From positions 174,530,001 through 174,594,000 of the forward strand of contig OZ024741.1 of the NCBI GenBank assembly GCA_964016885.1: a stretch of 64,000 bases of DNA, written 5' to 3'. The translations under genes and the position numbers were made by a program. Below are positions 38,867 through 50,199 of this stretch, in pieces (position 1 is the first letter of the stretch; each line of letters opens with the position of its first letter). The DNA comes from Eledone cirrhosa. Lineage: Eukaryota. The notes below the pieces were generated by a model. It was not told the origin of the DNA and searched no databases. It saw only the letters and a program-made list of their open reading frames with translations.

Positions 38867-39314
38867 TTAAGAAAGAGAGATTGAAGCTTTAGTTCAACAT
38901 ATTTTATTGCGTAACATATGATTCACAAATGACCAATTCAGAGCTTCAATCAGTTACATTTAGCTTGACAATAGGATTGATTTCCTTCTCAGACACAATA
39001 AAGATTAGAAATAGAATTTGTCCATATGCGTTTGGGCATGGTTCACAAACATATCAATGCAAATGTTGAGCTAAACTTAACCAGTTGAAGTTCTGAGCTG
39101 GTCATTTGCAAATCAGTTATGCATGATTACAAATAAAATATGTGGAACTGAAACTGATCTCTCTTTCTTAATGTAAGCACTCTGCATCTTATGTCAATGA
39201 TAAACATATGTTGCTATTAATTCTCACTTTTAATACTGAATATCCCATTTACATAAAAGCATTGAGTGCTGAAACAGGTACCGCCTGTAGTCAATAGTAG
39301 TGCTCATCAACTGG

Positions 39315-39317
<3 letters not shown>
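38867..39317 (+). mobile_element. Older fold-back insert in (TA)n
   Basis: Diverged inverted arms at about 38867-38971 and 39064-39171. Body continues to the next (TA)n. No intact hammerhead seen. Confidence 0.55.
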
Positions 39318-39354
<37 letters not shown>

Positions 39355-39392
39355 GTATGTATATATATATATGTGTGTGTGTGTGTATATAT

Positions 39393-39737
39393 TTCATCAT
39401 TTCATTTCATTTCATTTTACGTCCGCTTTTTCCCTGCTTGCAAGGGTGGGACGGGAACTGATGCTGGCTTGATTTCTACAGCTGGATGCCTTTCCTAACA
39501 CCAACCTCATTTTACAGTGAGTGCTAGGTGCTTTTTTGCTATGGCACCTCCACGACCACTTTGCAGTGGAATGATAGGGACCCCAGTCCCTATCATCTCA
39601 TTTCTACAGCTGAGTAAACTGGAGCAATGTGATAAAGTGTCTTACTCAAGGAAACAACACATCACCCGGTCTGAGAATTGAACTCACAACCTTTCGATTG
39701 CAAGGCCAATGTTCTAACCACTAAGCCATGTGCCTCC
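39393..39737 (-). mobile_element. CORE-like tRNA SINE with RTE tail
   Basis: Same family as 5480-5822. Confidence 0.85.
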
Positions 39738-39847
39738 ATTTATATATATATGTGTGTGTGTGTCAAGGAATCAAACTCAAGACTTAGCCATTGTAAGTCC
39801 AGCTCCTTAACCACTATGCCACACACCTTCACTATATATACATGTGC

Positions 39848-39880
<33 letters not shown>

Positions 39881-39882
<2 letters not shown>

Positions 39883-40677
39883 CGCCGCTGCTTCAATTAT
39901 CTCTATGATGTACTCATGTAAACCGTAAAGTACAAATTATTCTCTCCTTTCCACGCTCAATTTCGTACATAGTCCAAACAAACATCCAATCTCGCAAAAT
40001 CCGAAATCTGTATTTTTTTTGTTATCTATTTAAGGTTTAAATACGGTGTTTTTGTCGTATTGAACAGAACAAATCTTGCAGTTTTGCTTTTTGTTAAATC
40101 GCTTGTTAAACATTCATAACCTTCTATCTTAATTCTATCGTATTCGTCCAATTCCTTAATTCTATCGTATTCTCAAACAAAAAAACAAAATCCTTTCCCA
40201 TTCTACTTATAAATTACTTTAAATATATATAGTATGCTACTTGAAAGTCAAAAATCCGCTCCACCCCTTCACCCTCCTTGCTACCCCACGAGGGGCTGCG
40301 GTCAGCCACAATATCTCTCCCCCTTCGCCCCCCCCCTCTCTTTCTTCCCCTCTATCTCTCTCTTAGCTACACACACACACACATATATATATATATAAGA
40401 TAAGTTCTCCTTCATGTTTATTTCACTTTCGCCAATCCGCCGCTGCTTCAATTATCTCTATGATGTACTCATGTAAACCGTAAAGTACAAATTATTCTCT
40501 CCTTTCCACGCTCAATTTCGTACATAGTCCAAACAAACATCCAATCTCGCAAAATCCGAAATCTGTATTTTTTGTTATCTATTTAAGGTTTAAATACGGT
40601 GTTTTTGTCGTATTGAACAGAACAAATCTTGCAGTTTTGCTTTTTGTTAAATCGCTTGTTAAACATTCATAACCTTC
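39881..40677. repeat. About 243-bp direct repeat, 39881-40124 and 40436-40677
   Basis: Identical by eye except T8 versus T6. Lies just upstream of the intact LINE. Confidence 0.9.
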
Positions 40678-43600
40678 CAGCTAGCTACCCCACAACCCTC
40701 CCTCCCGCCCCCACACGCCACCATACTTAATACGTGGACCAATCATAAGCCAGAGCCCCCCCCCGCATCACCACCATTATTATAAGCCAGAGCCCCCCTT
40801 CCCCCACCCCCACGCATCACCATTATTATTATTATTACGCGGACCAAATCATAAGCCAGAGGCCTATACTATCGCTTGCCCGGTTGCCTTCGATATATGA
40901 TGGATGGATGGATGGACGGACGGACTGCGGAATCCTGGAGAGTGGAAGGGAGAGAAAAATCTGGACGCCCAGAGCGAAAATGCCAAAGTTAAAGTCAAAT
41001 TCACCTCGTGGACGAGAATGCGAGCACTCCTCTTTGTTTCGTCCGCGGATGGCTAACATAACCCTATCTCCTCCCGCCCCCCACCACCCCCACCCTCCAA
41101 ACGCAACCCAAACCTTCAGAGTTGGTACCATAAATGTAGGCACCCTAAAGGGTCGCGCTAACGAGGTTGTAGAAATGCTTGAACGTAAGGAGGTCGATGT
41201 TTGTTGTATTCAAGAGACCAGGTGGAGGGGTGGGTCTGCTAGATTCATTGAGGGTAAAAAACGATGTTATAAGCTTTTCTGGGTGGGAAACGACGATGGG
41301 CTGGGTGGAGTAGGAATCATGGTAGCAGAAAAGTGGGCAGATAAGATAATAGACGTAAATAGAGTGAACGACAGAATAATTAAAATAAGACTTGTCCTCA
41401 ATAGAACTACGGTGACAGTAATATCTGCGTACGCACCCCAATCCGGACTGCCCGGCACTATAAAAGACAGATTCTATGAGACACTGTTGCTAACTACCTC
41501 CCAAATATCTGACAGTGACTATATAATTATTGCAGGCGACCTAAATGGTCACGTTGGACAACATTGTGACGGCTACGACGAAATCCATGGAGGCTATGGG
41601 TTTGGTACTAGAAATGAGGAAGGCTCCAGAATCCTGGAATACTGTGATGCAAATAACCTAACTATCTGTAACACTAACTTCAAAAAACGTGACAATCACC
41701 TGATTACCTATAGATCCGGGGAACACACAAGCCAGGTAGATTATATCCTTACCAGAAGACGTGACAGAGTGTCTGTTGTAAACACTAAATCCCTCCCCCA
41801 TGAAGAATGCACCTCCCAACATAGACTGATAATTAGCGACCTCATAGTCAGGACGAGACGTACCCGACAGCAGAAGAGGACTATCCTCAGGAGGAAAATA
41901 TGGAAACTAAAGGACCCCACAGCCAGAAATAAATTTCAAAGCATATTACTTGATGCTTTCGACAGTAAGGAAGAGCATCTAGAATCGGACAATATAGAGG
42001 GACAGTGGAAATTTCTGAAAGCAAACCTGCTGTTGGCGACAGACGAGGTCTGTGGCTGGAGCAGGCCTGTAGGCAGGAGGAGAGTAACATGGTGGTGGAA
42101 CAATAGGGTGGAGGGGTCAATTAAGGCCAAAAAGCAGGCTTGGAAAGTATGGCGGGATGGGGGAAGTAGAGTAGACTATCAAGTGGCCAGGAGGGAAGCT
42201 AGGAGAGAAGTGTACTTAGCAAGAAGGGAAGCGGAGGAAAGAAAGTTCAAGCATGTTCTACAACGCGATGACCAAAAACGTGAGGTGTTCAGGATTGCCA
42301 GGCAATGCGTCAAGGAAAACCGTGATATTGTCGGGGAGAAGTGTGTACTTAACGATGATGGCATACTTGCCATCACCGACACTGATAAGAAGGTAGCTTG
42401 GAAGTGTCACTATGAAAGGCTACTAAATGAGGAGAATAAATGGGAGAAAGACAGTCTCCCCCATATCGACCCGATAGAGGGACCAGCAGTGTTAGTCGAG
42501 GGGAGTATAATAAGTAAGGCAATCAAGGATATGAAGACTGGTAAGGCGGCTGGGCCTTCGGAAATAGTTGCTGAGATGCTGAAGGCATCTGGCACGGTGG
42601 GACACACCATGGTCACCCGCATAGTTAACCAAGTCGTACAGAATGGGGTTGTTCCGAAGGACTGGCATAGCAGCATCATCGTTAACTGTTATAAGGGTAA
42701 AGGAGACGCCCTAGATAGGAGTAACTATAGAGGCATTAAATTAATCGACCAGGTCATGAAGGTCACGGAAAAAGTAATAGCGCAACTAATCAGAGAGAGA
42801 ATTGATCTAGATGAAATGCAGTTCGGGTTTGTGTCAGGCAAAAGCACCACAGACGCTCTTTTCATAGTACGACAACTACAGGAGAAGTACCTAGCTAAAG
42901 GTAAACCCCTCTACTTAGCTTTTGTCGACCTGGAGAAAGCCTTCGACAGAGTCCCCCGCTCCATTATCTGGTGGGCTCTTAGAAAACTAGGCGTTGACGA
43001 ATGGCTTGTGAGGGCTATACAAGCCATGTATAAAGAAACAGTCAGCAAGGTTAGAATTAACAACGAATATAGTGAAGAGTTTAGCGTAAAAGTTGGCGTC
43101 CATCAGGGCTCTGTTCTCAGCCCCCTACTATTTATTATTGCCCTTCAGGCTATAACAGAGGAGTTCAAGACAGGCTGCCCATGGGAACTCCTATACGCAG
43201 ACGACCTGACACTCATAGCGGAATCAATGGCCGAGCTAGAGAAGAAATTCCAAACATGGAAGCACGGCCTAGAGTCAAAAGGACTTAAAATTAACCTGGC
43301 TAAGACCAAAGTTCTAGTTTGTAGGAAAGAAAACAAGGCGGCGGTCCCTTCTGGGAAATGGTCGTGTTCGGTATGTAGGAAAGGCGTAGGTAGAAACTCC
43401 ATCTTATGTCCTAAATGCAAAGTATGGGTGCATAAAAGATGTAGTGGGATCACAGGTAAGCTAACTAAGAACATAGACTTTACATGTGGCCGATGTTCTG
43501 GTGCAATAAGTAGCAGCAAGTGCCCACAAAATACTAGCTCTTTCAATTGCGCAGAGGGTTCTATAGAAATAGTGGACAGCTTCCGTTACCTGGGCGATAA

Positions 43601-44521
43601 AATCAGCAGTGGGGGAGGGTGCTCTGAAAGTACTGTAGCTAGAGTCAGAACTGGTTGGAAAAAGTTCAGAGAGCTTATACCACTATTAGCTGCTAAAGGG
43701 TTCTCCCTAAAAATGAAAGGCAGGTTGTACGATGCCTGCATACGAACAGCAATGTTGCATGGTAGTGAGACCTGGGCATTGTGTGCAGAGGATATACGCA
43801 GACTAGAGAGGAACGAAGCTTGCATGCTCCGCTGGATGTGTAACAGTAATATACGTGAACGGCAAAGCATAAACGAACTAAGGAAAAAATTAGAGATAAG
43901 AGGGATCAGATGTTGTTTACTCGAGAGAAGGCTGCGTTGGTATGGACACGTGATGCGCATGAAAGTCGATAGCTGTATTACAAAGTGCAGGGCAATAAAG
44001 ATAGACGGTAGCCACAGAATAGGCAGACCTAGAAAAACATGGGATGAGCTGATAAACTCCAACCTCATACACTTACACCTCTCCAAGACAATGTCACTGG
44101 ACCGTGACCTTTGGCGGTACTCAGTAACAGAGAAGACCCGCCTTGCCAGTAGGCATCTCTAACAAACTACACCCCGTCCCGCCACCACCCCCACCCCATC
44201 CACACCACCCCGTTCCATGTAAAGTTATGTTGGTGCCGCGCCATCCAGGCCGAAACAAACGAGATCGTGTAGGTGTCACGACAAAAAAACACACAGTCCA
44301 CGCTGTAATGTGGCCGTGTAGGCAACACGGTAAAAACCTCCCAGACCCACACTGTAAATGTGGTTGGTGTTAGGAAGGGCATCCAACTGTAGAAAACCTG
44401 CCAGACAGTCCTATGCGAGCAAGACAATCACTCTTGCCTCAAGTGGGACTACCCCCGTCCAAACCCATGCAAGCGTGGAACACGGACGTTAAACGTTGAT
44501 GATGATGATGATGATGATGAT
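40398..44521 (+). mobile_element. Full-length RTE-clade LINE (5' boundary uncertain)
   Basis: Single intact EN-RT ORF, about 350-bp 3' UTR and (GAT)n tail abutting (TA)n. Confidence 0.9.
40884..44162 (+). CDS. RTE LINE polyprotein: APE endonuclease, reverse transcriptase and inserted PHD-type zinc finger (likely ATG at 40908 or 40980)
   Basis: EN motifs GTINVGTL, IQETRW, SAYAP, GDLNGH, VDY, SQH. RT motifs NYRGI, QFGF, FVDLEKAFD, GVHQGSVLSP, YADD (43194-43205), FRYLG. C-terminal RRLRWYGH...GRPRKTW. No stops in 1092 codons. Confidence 0.95.
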   Translation: MPSIYDGWMDGRTDCGILESGRERKIWTPRAKMPKLKSNSPRGRECEHSSLFRPRMANITLSPPAPHHPHPPNATQTFRVGTINVGTLKGRANEVVEMLERKEVDVCCIQETRWRGGSARFIEGKKRCYKLFWVGNDDGLGGVGIMVAEKWADKIIDVNRVNDRIIKIRLVLNRTTVTVISAYAPQSGLPGTIKDRFYETLLLTTSQISDSDYIIIAGDLNGHVGQHCDGYDEIHGGYGFGTRNEEGSRILEYCDANNLTICNTNFKKRDNHLITYRSGEHTSQVDYILTRRRDRVSVVNTKSLPHEECTSQHRLIISDLIVRTRRTRQQKRTILRRKIWKLKDPTARNKFQSILLDAFDSKEEHLESDNIEGQWKFLKANLLLATDEVCGWSRPVGRRRVTWWWNNRVEGSIKAKKQAWKVWRDGGSRVDYQVARREARREVYLARREAEERKFKHVLQRDDQKREVFRIARQCVKENRDIVGEKCVLNDDGILAITDTDKKVAWKCHYERLLNEENKWEKDSLPHIDPIEGPAVLVEGSIISKAIKDMKTGKAAGPSEIVAEMLKASGTVGHTMVTRIVNQVVQNGVVPKDWHSSIIVNCYKGKGDALDRSNYRGIKLIDQVMKVTEKVIAQLIRERIDLDEMQFGFVSGKSTTDALFIVRQLQEKYLAKGKPLYLAFVDLEKAFDRVPRSIIWWALRKLGVDEWLVRAIQAMYKETVSKVRINNEYSEEFSVKVGVHQGSVLSPLLFIIALQAITEEFKTGCPWELLYADDLTLIAESMAELEKKFQTWKHGLESKGLKINLAKTKVLVCRKENKAAVPSGKWSCSVCRKGVGRNSILCPKCKVWVHKRCSGITGKLTKNIDFTCGRCSGAISSSKCPQNTSSFNCAEGSIEIVDSFRYLGDKISSGGGCSESTVARVRTGWKKFRELIPLLAAKGFSLKMKGRLYDACIRTAMLHGSETWALCAEDIRRLERNEACMLRWMCNSNIRERQSINELRKKLEIRGIRCCLLERRLRWYGHVMRMKVDSCITKCRAIKIDGSHRIGRPRKTWDELINSNLIHLHLSKTMSLDRDLWRYSVTEKTRLASRHL

Positions 44522-45189
44522 ATATATATGGCTGAATACACACATGGTTTCTTCTTTAAAAATCTTTTGCCCATCCTTTCTCTTCCCTTTCTCTATCATT
44601 CTGTTTTATCTTTTATTCCTCATACTATCTTCTGATGAAGCATTAAACTAATATATTTCTTCATTGTACTGTGTTGTTTGACATTTACCTTTTGCATATA
44701 TATGATGATAGTCTTTATAATTCCCATTAGTATAAATCTAGCTCTATTTAGTGAAGTATATTACTTTTTATAAAGATATATTATAGTTAGTAACATATCT
44801 ATAGTTACCGAATGTGAATATTTAATCATTTATAAATTTTATTATAATTACCCTTTTTAGGCTTCCATAATTTCAACGTTTTCTCAACAATATTTAAACA
44901 TTAGTTATAATGGTACTTTAGAACATGGAAGGTAAATTATTTGTATATGATTGATTCTAATGAGCTATTCCTGCAGGAATGGATTATTTATTCCTGAACA
45001 TTTGTAAATCTATTAAATACTTTAATAATTATCCTTGTCTAAACTTTCGTTTTTTATACATATATGTATATAAAAATGTTTATTTACATGAACATTTAAG
45101 ATACAGCTCCAGTCTCATAATTATATATATACACATATATGTATATATGGATACACACATATATGTATATATGTATATACACACACATA

Positions 45190-45230
<41 letters not shown>

Positions 45231-45275
45231 ACACACATATATGTACATATGTATATACACACACATATATATGTA

Positions 45276-48200
45276 TCATTATCTATAAAAGGCAGATTTT
45301 TGTGTCTGTATGTATGTTTCAATTTTATACATTTACACAATTCCAAAAATATTGAATGAATAATTAAGCAGAATGTTTACAAATATTCTAACTTGCGTCA
45401 TGGGCGAACTTATTGGGTAAAAAATGCCACAATTACGGAAAAATCGATTTATTTCAACAATCGATGATTTCTCCTCTCTCATATGATATACGTTTCCTAT
45501 ATCTACTCCCTTCATCACCTCCCCTTAAAATTGCTACCTTCTCTTATAAGTGTTTGTGAAAAAGAGAAACATTGAAAAAAAACATATACACACATATATG
45601 TGGGTGCATACACACACATATATGTTGGTATGGTTACGATTGACGTCATAGAAACAGGAACGCGGGAATTTCAATCAATCAATGCATACACAGTTTGTTT
45701 TAGCTCCATTTCGAAGATGACTTTCATTTACTAAACTGTAAGTTTTTCAATCGGCCTTACACTTTCAAACTATATTTTTCTGTATAAGTAACTTTAACCC
45801 TTTATTTTCGACATAAAAATACACACATGTAAATTTTTTTTTTGGGCCTTTCTTATCAATCTTTTTACATTCAATTATCAGCCTTATACTTTCAAAGTCA
45901 ATTTTTATGTTGAAGTAACTTTCACAATTTATTTTTCGATACCCATTTACTTACTAACATTTGTATCACAACAACAATAACAATATTCATAAACAGACAG
46001 TAGACTTTCAAAGTCAATTTTTCTGTAGAAGTAACTTTCACCCTTTCTTTTGGACATAAAATGCCACCTAAAAAGATAAGTCGCCTCAGTCAACATACCG
46101 TGTCAGCAGTGGCGCAAAAGGCTACTATAGCAAATGAGTCCTCTGAGGAAAATGCTTCAAGACTTTCACAGACAGCCTTACGTTCAGCAGAATGTCGAGC
46201 CGCTGAAAGTTTCCAACAGCGCACCGCACGCCTAGCCAAAATGGCTTCATACCAGGCTTCTTCCAGGGCTTCAGAGAGCCGGGAACAAAGGTCGAAGCGC
46301 CTAGCTAGAAACGATGCGACTAATGCTGCTTCCAGGTCTTTGGAACGTTTAAAACAACGGACGGCTCGCCTTCCTACGAATGCTGCGGCTATGACTACTT
46401 CCATGGCTTCTGAAGATGCAGACGGGCGGTCCATTAGCATTGCATATGTTGCTTCTGCTATTGCTGCCAGACCTTCCCACCAACCACATGACCAATGTTC
46501 TACATTCAAGCGTAACAGTCGACGGCGAGAAGCTGCACGCGGTGTGACGAGCCCCAACAGCCCTTACTGGCACCTACAGGCTTTCAAGTATGAGCAAAAC
46601 GTTAATTACTCGATGCGCTCTGACATAAATATAGGCGAGATGCGCTTCAATTGCCAATTCTGCAATGCTACAAAGTGGGCTGGGGAGCCACCTGAAATGT
46701 GCTGCTTAAACGGTAAGGTCACCTTGCCCCCTCTTCCGGAACCGCCAGAGCCTTTGAAGGAACTACTGACTGGTTATACCTCAAGGTAAAAAAAAAAAAA
46801 CCCTGATCCCCCCAATAAAAAACGCTCCTGGGGTACCGGAAAAACTTTTGTAACGAATTTGATTCTCGCTAAGATTCGTCAGGAGAAAAAAGTTGCGTTG
46901 TCCGTTGCATCGTCCGGGATCGCTGCTTCTTTGCTGCCGGGAGGCAGGACAGCACATTCAACCTTTAAACTCCCTTTGGATTTAGTAAAAACTGAGACAC
47001 CAACATGCAATATCAGCAAGAGCTCACACAAAGCTCTGGTTCTCAAAAGATGTTGCCTCATTGTTTGGGATGAGTGCACAATGGCACACAAGGGTGCACT
47101 TGAGGCATTGGACAGGGCCCGGAAAGACATTAGGGATTCTACGGCTCCTATGGGTGGCGTAACCCTTCTGCTATCAGGGGATTTTCGGAAAACACTGCCT
47201 GTCATCCCCAAATGGACAAGAGCTGATGAAGTGCGTGCCTGTCTTAAGTCGTCCATGTTGTGGCTCCAGGTGAATAGTTTGTACTTGAGCACAAATATGC
47301 GTGCTCATTTTCATGGTGACAACATGTCTGCAGCACAGAACATTTTAGCACTTGGTGAGGGCAAGATCCCTGCGGATGACAAGGGCGGCATAGCAATCGA
47401 CACCCTGTGCAACATTGTGAGCAGCCCTTCTGACCTTTGGGAAGCAGTTTTTCCTAATGTCTCATCTAACTTTAAAAACCTCGATTGGCTCAGCGAAAGA
47501 GCCATCCTTGCTCCGAAAAATACCATGGTTAATTTTATTAACGAGCAGCTGATTGAGAAGATTCCCGGTAAAGAGCACATCTTCAAATCAGACCCCGACG
47601 ATATCGTTAATTATCCGGTTGAGTTATTAAATCTCCTTGAGCCGACAGGGCTCCCACCTCACATTATTAAGCTTAGGGTTGGCTGTCACATTATGCTAAT
47701 AAGGAACTTGCGTCCACCAAAGCAGTGCAACGGTACTCGCATGGTGGTCAAGTCACTGACACCCACTTGATTGAGGCCACCATTGTAACGGGGTGCGGAA
47801 GAGGGGAGAATGTTTTCATTCCAAGGTTGAACCTTTTCCCCTCGGCGTCATATATCCCGTTCGATTTCCGGCGATCCCAATTCCCCGTGAGACCATTTTT
47901 TGCCATGTCCATTAACAAGTCACAAGGGCAAACATTGTCGGTGGTGGGCATCCATTTGGGGGAGCCATGCTTCTCCCATGGCCAACTTTATGTTGCCTGT
48001 TCCCGCGCAGGGAGCGGGAATGGACTTTTTGCTTACTCTCCTCAAGGGATGACACGCAATATCGTCTACAAAGAGGTGCTATAAATGTTGGTGAAGGTGT
48101 TGGAGCTATGCCGTCTAGAACACTATTTCCTGGTAGGGTATCCCATGGCGGACAGATCTGACAGCCAGCGGCATCAGGACCACCATCTTGCAACTTTGTT

Positions 48201-48398
48201 CTACTAAATTCACTATTGGAAGATTATTAACCCATCATTGATTGACCAAAATGCTAATTGGTTCGTAACTTTTAATAACCGGTTCAACTGCTTTATGCAC
48301 TTAATTGTTAAGCTTATTCGCTTTCAAACCACGTTTACCTGTATGTAACTTTTCATAGCAAATGAACAAACCCGAGCAACGCCGGGCTAAACTGCTAG
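45276..48398 (+). mobile_element. Helitron 2, Rep-deleted
   Basis: 5' A|TC at 45276 or 45282. 3' hairpin CCCGAGCAACGCCGGG at 48371-48386, then CTAG|T. Confidence 0.92.
46061..48084 (+). pseudogene. Helitron RepHel remnant: N-terminus/Zn finger plus near-complete PIF1 helicase
   Basis: CQFCNATKWAGE..MCCLNGKV. Frameshifted APG-TGKTF near 46824, then GRTAHSTFKLP, WDEC, GDFR, NMR, CNGTR, FAMSINKSQGQTL, FSHGQLYVACSR. HUH/Y2 Rep domain missing. Confidence 0.92.
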
Positions 48399-48520
48399 TA
48401 TACACATATATATATGTATATATATACACATATATATTTACATACATCTAAACCCATGCTAGCTTGGAAGATAGACGTTAAATGATGATGATGATGATGA
48501 TGATCTATACATATATACAC

Positions 48521-48568
<48 letters not shown>

Positions 48569-48576
<8 letters not shown>

Positions 48577-48792
48577 TAAAATAACAGATTAAAGTTTAAG
48601 CAAAGAATCGCTGCTTTCACCCTTAACGGGATCTTCAGAAGATCCCGTTAAGGGTGAAAGCAATGATTCTTTGCTTAAACTTTAATCTGTTATTTTAATA
48701 AATATTTGCTCTACGGATCTTATATATTTGATATATATTTATCCTTATCGAGCCCTCTTTGGATTTTAGTCTTCAAATTTATTATTATTACT
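48569..48792 (+). mobile_element. Family P2 copy with 5' fold-back (68-bp arms, 1-nt loop at 48637)
   Basis: Palindrome 48569-48705 with 2 mismatches. Body continues to an (ATT)n end. Inserted in (TA)n. Confidence 0.85.
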
Positions 48793-48829
48793 ATATATAT
48801 ATCCACATTCAATAAAAACACCAGGATTT

Positions 48830-48889
48830 TTTCATTCTGATGACTGAAAGCAAATTTGTTTGCTTTCAAGAAACCACTGGTAAATTAAA
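48830..48889 (+). ncRNA. Type I hammerhead ribozyme in a short insert (about 48803-48986) within (TA)n
   Basis: TTTCATT-CTGATGA-C TGAAAGCAAA TTTG TTTGCTTTCA A-GAAA-CC ACT GG-TA-AATTAAA. 10-bp stem II, GUA triplet at 48880-48882, one mismatch in stem I. Confidence 0.7.
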
Positions 48890-48985
48890 TAATTATCTTA
48901 TGTTGTTTATTACGAAACTAATAAGCTCTGTAACCTACATAGAGCACTCTTTTTTCCTAGACCTTTCCGACGGAATTACTTCATT

Positions 48986-49027
<42 letters not shown>

Positions 49028-49075
49028 CATATATATACATATATACATATATATACATATATATATATATATACA

Positions 49076-49116
<41 letters not shown>

Positions 49117-49120
<4 letters not shown>

Positions 49121-49680
49121 CACCCATCCACCATCTGAGTGAGTTTCTTGGTCAGTATCCAAGTCTCAGACCCATACAGCAGCACAGACTCCACTACAGC
49201 AATGAAGAGGCGGATTTTCAGGTCTGTACGAAGATCCGACTTCCACACTGATCTGAAGCTGTGGCACGCCGCCCAGGCCTTGCACTTCCTCTCAACCACA
49301 TCATCTTCCGTATTCCCAATCTTTGCACGAGAATGCTGAGGATGGCTCTGAAAATTAATCAGTATACACTGAGGATGAAAAACTCAGAGCTGTATGGGAG
49401 CATCCCAAAAGTCAGCTCAAAAGTGACACAGAGGAGACTGAGGTTAGCTGGACATGCTCACCGACATCCAGAGTTGACATTGCACTCAGTACTCCTTTGG
49501 GAGGCCCTACATGGACACACTAGAAGAGGAAGACCAAGGTTAACGTATGTTGATGCCCTAAGGACAAACACTGGTCTGTTGGAGATGCAGGACATGGCAG
49601 CGATGATGAGGGACAGAGACCGCTGGAGAGAACTCGTCCATGGATCTCGGGAATTTTACCCGCCTTAGATTGATAGATAT
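49117..49680 (+). mobile_element. RTE-like LINE 3' fragment with 5' inversion (twin priming)
   Basis: 49117-49328 minus strand encodes AKIGNTEDD...[11 protein letters not shown]...VDGCY. 49327-49668 plus strand continues TRMLRMAL...RRLRLAGH. Confidence 0.9.
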
Positions 49681-49712
49681 ATATACATACATATATATAT
49701 ATATATACATAC

Positions 49713-49746
<34 letters not shown>

Positions 49747-49968
49747 TAACATATATATATATATACATATATATACATATATATACATATATATACATAT
49801 ATATACACATATATATACATATATATACATATATATATACATATATATATACATATATATATACATATATATATACATATATATATATATATACATATAT
49901 ATATACATATATATACATATACATATATATACATATACATATATATACATATATATACATATATATAC

Positions 49969-50000
<32 letters not shown>

Positions 50001-50001
<1 letters not shown>

Positions 50002-50193
50002 ATAATTGTTTCTACTTTTGGCACAAGGCCAGCAATTACTCAGTGTATTACTAGTACTTTATTTTATCGACCCCGTAAAGATGAAAGGCAAAGTTAACCT
50101 CGGCGGGATTTGAACTCAGAATGGCAAGGGCCGTAACTCAATGCGTCAAAGCATGACGTCCGACCCTCTACCGATACTGTGAATCCACCGCCC
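50001..50193 (-). mobile_element. Full Nin/Deu-like tRNA SINE
   Basis: GGCGGTGGATT head, B box GAGTTCAAATCC, GCCTTTCATC..GGGGTCGATAAAATAAAGTAC domain and (ATT)n tail. Further copies or fragments at about 409-508, 2861-2968, 5092-5165, 11218-11330, 27160-27460, 34875-35045 and 55243-55460. Confidence 0.8.
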
Positions 50194-50199
50194 TATATA

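Noticed and set aside
39900-39945. Hammerhead in the 243-bp direct repeat (CTATGAT GTACT..AGTAC AAA)
   Set aside because: Both conserved core boxes are defective and there is no stem I.
40990-41065. HDV-like ribozyme at the RTE 5' end (TTC ACCTCGT GGA ... GCTAA)
   Set aside because: P3/L3 resemblance only; I could not find pairing partners for P1 and P2.
41145-44086. Antisense ORFs within the LINE, and likewise within the Helitrons
   Set aside because: These are shadow frames of the real coding strand with no recognisable motifs.
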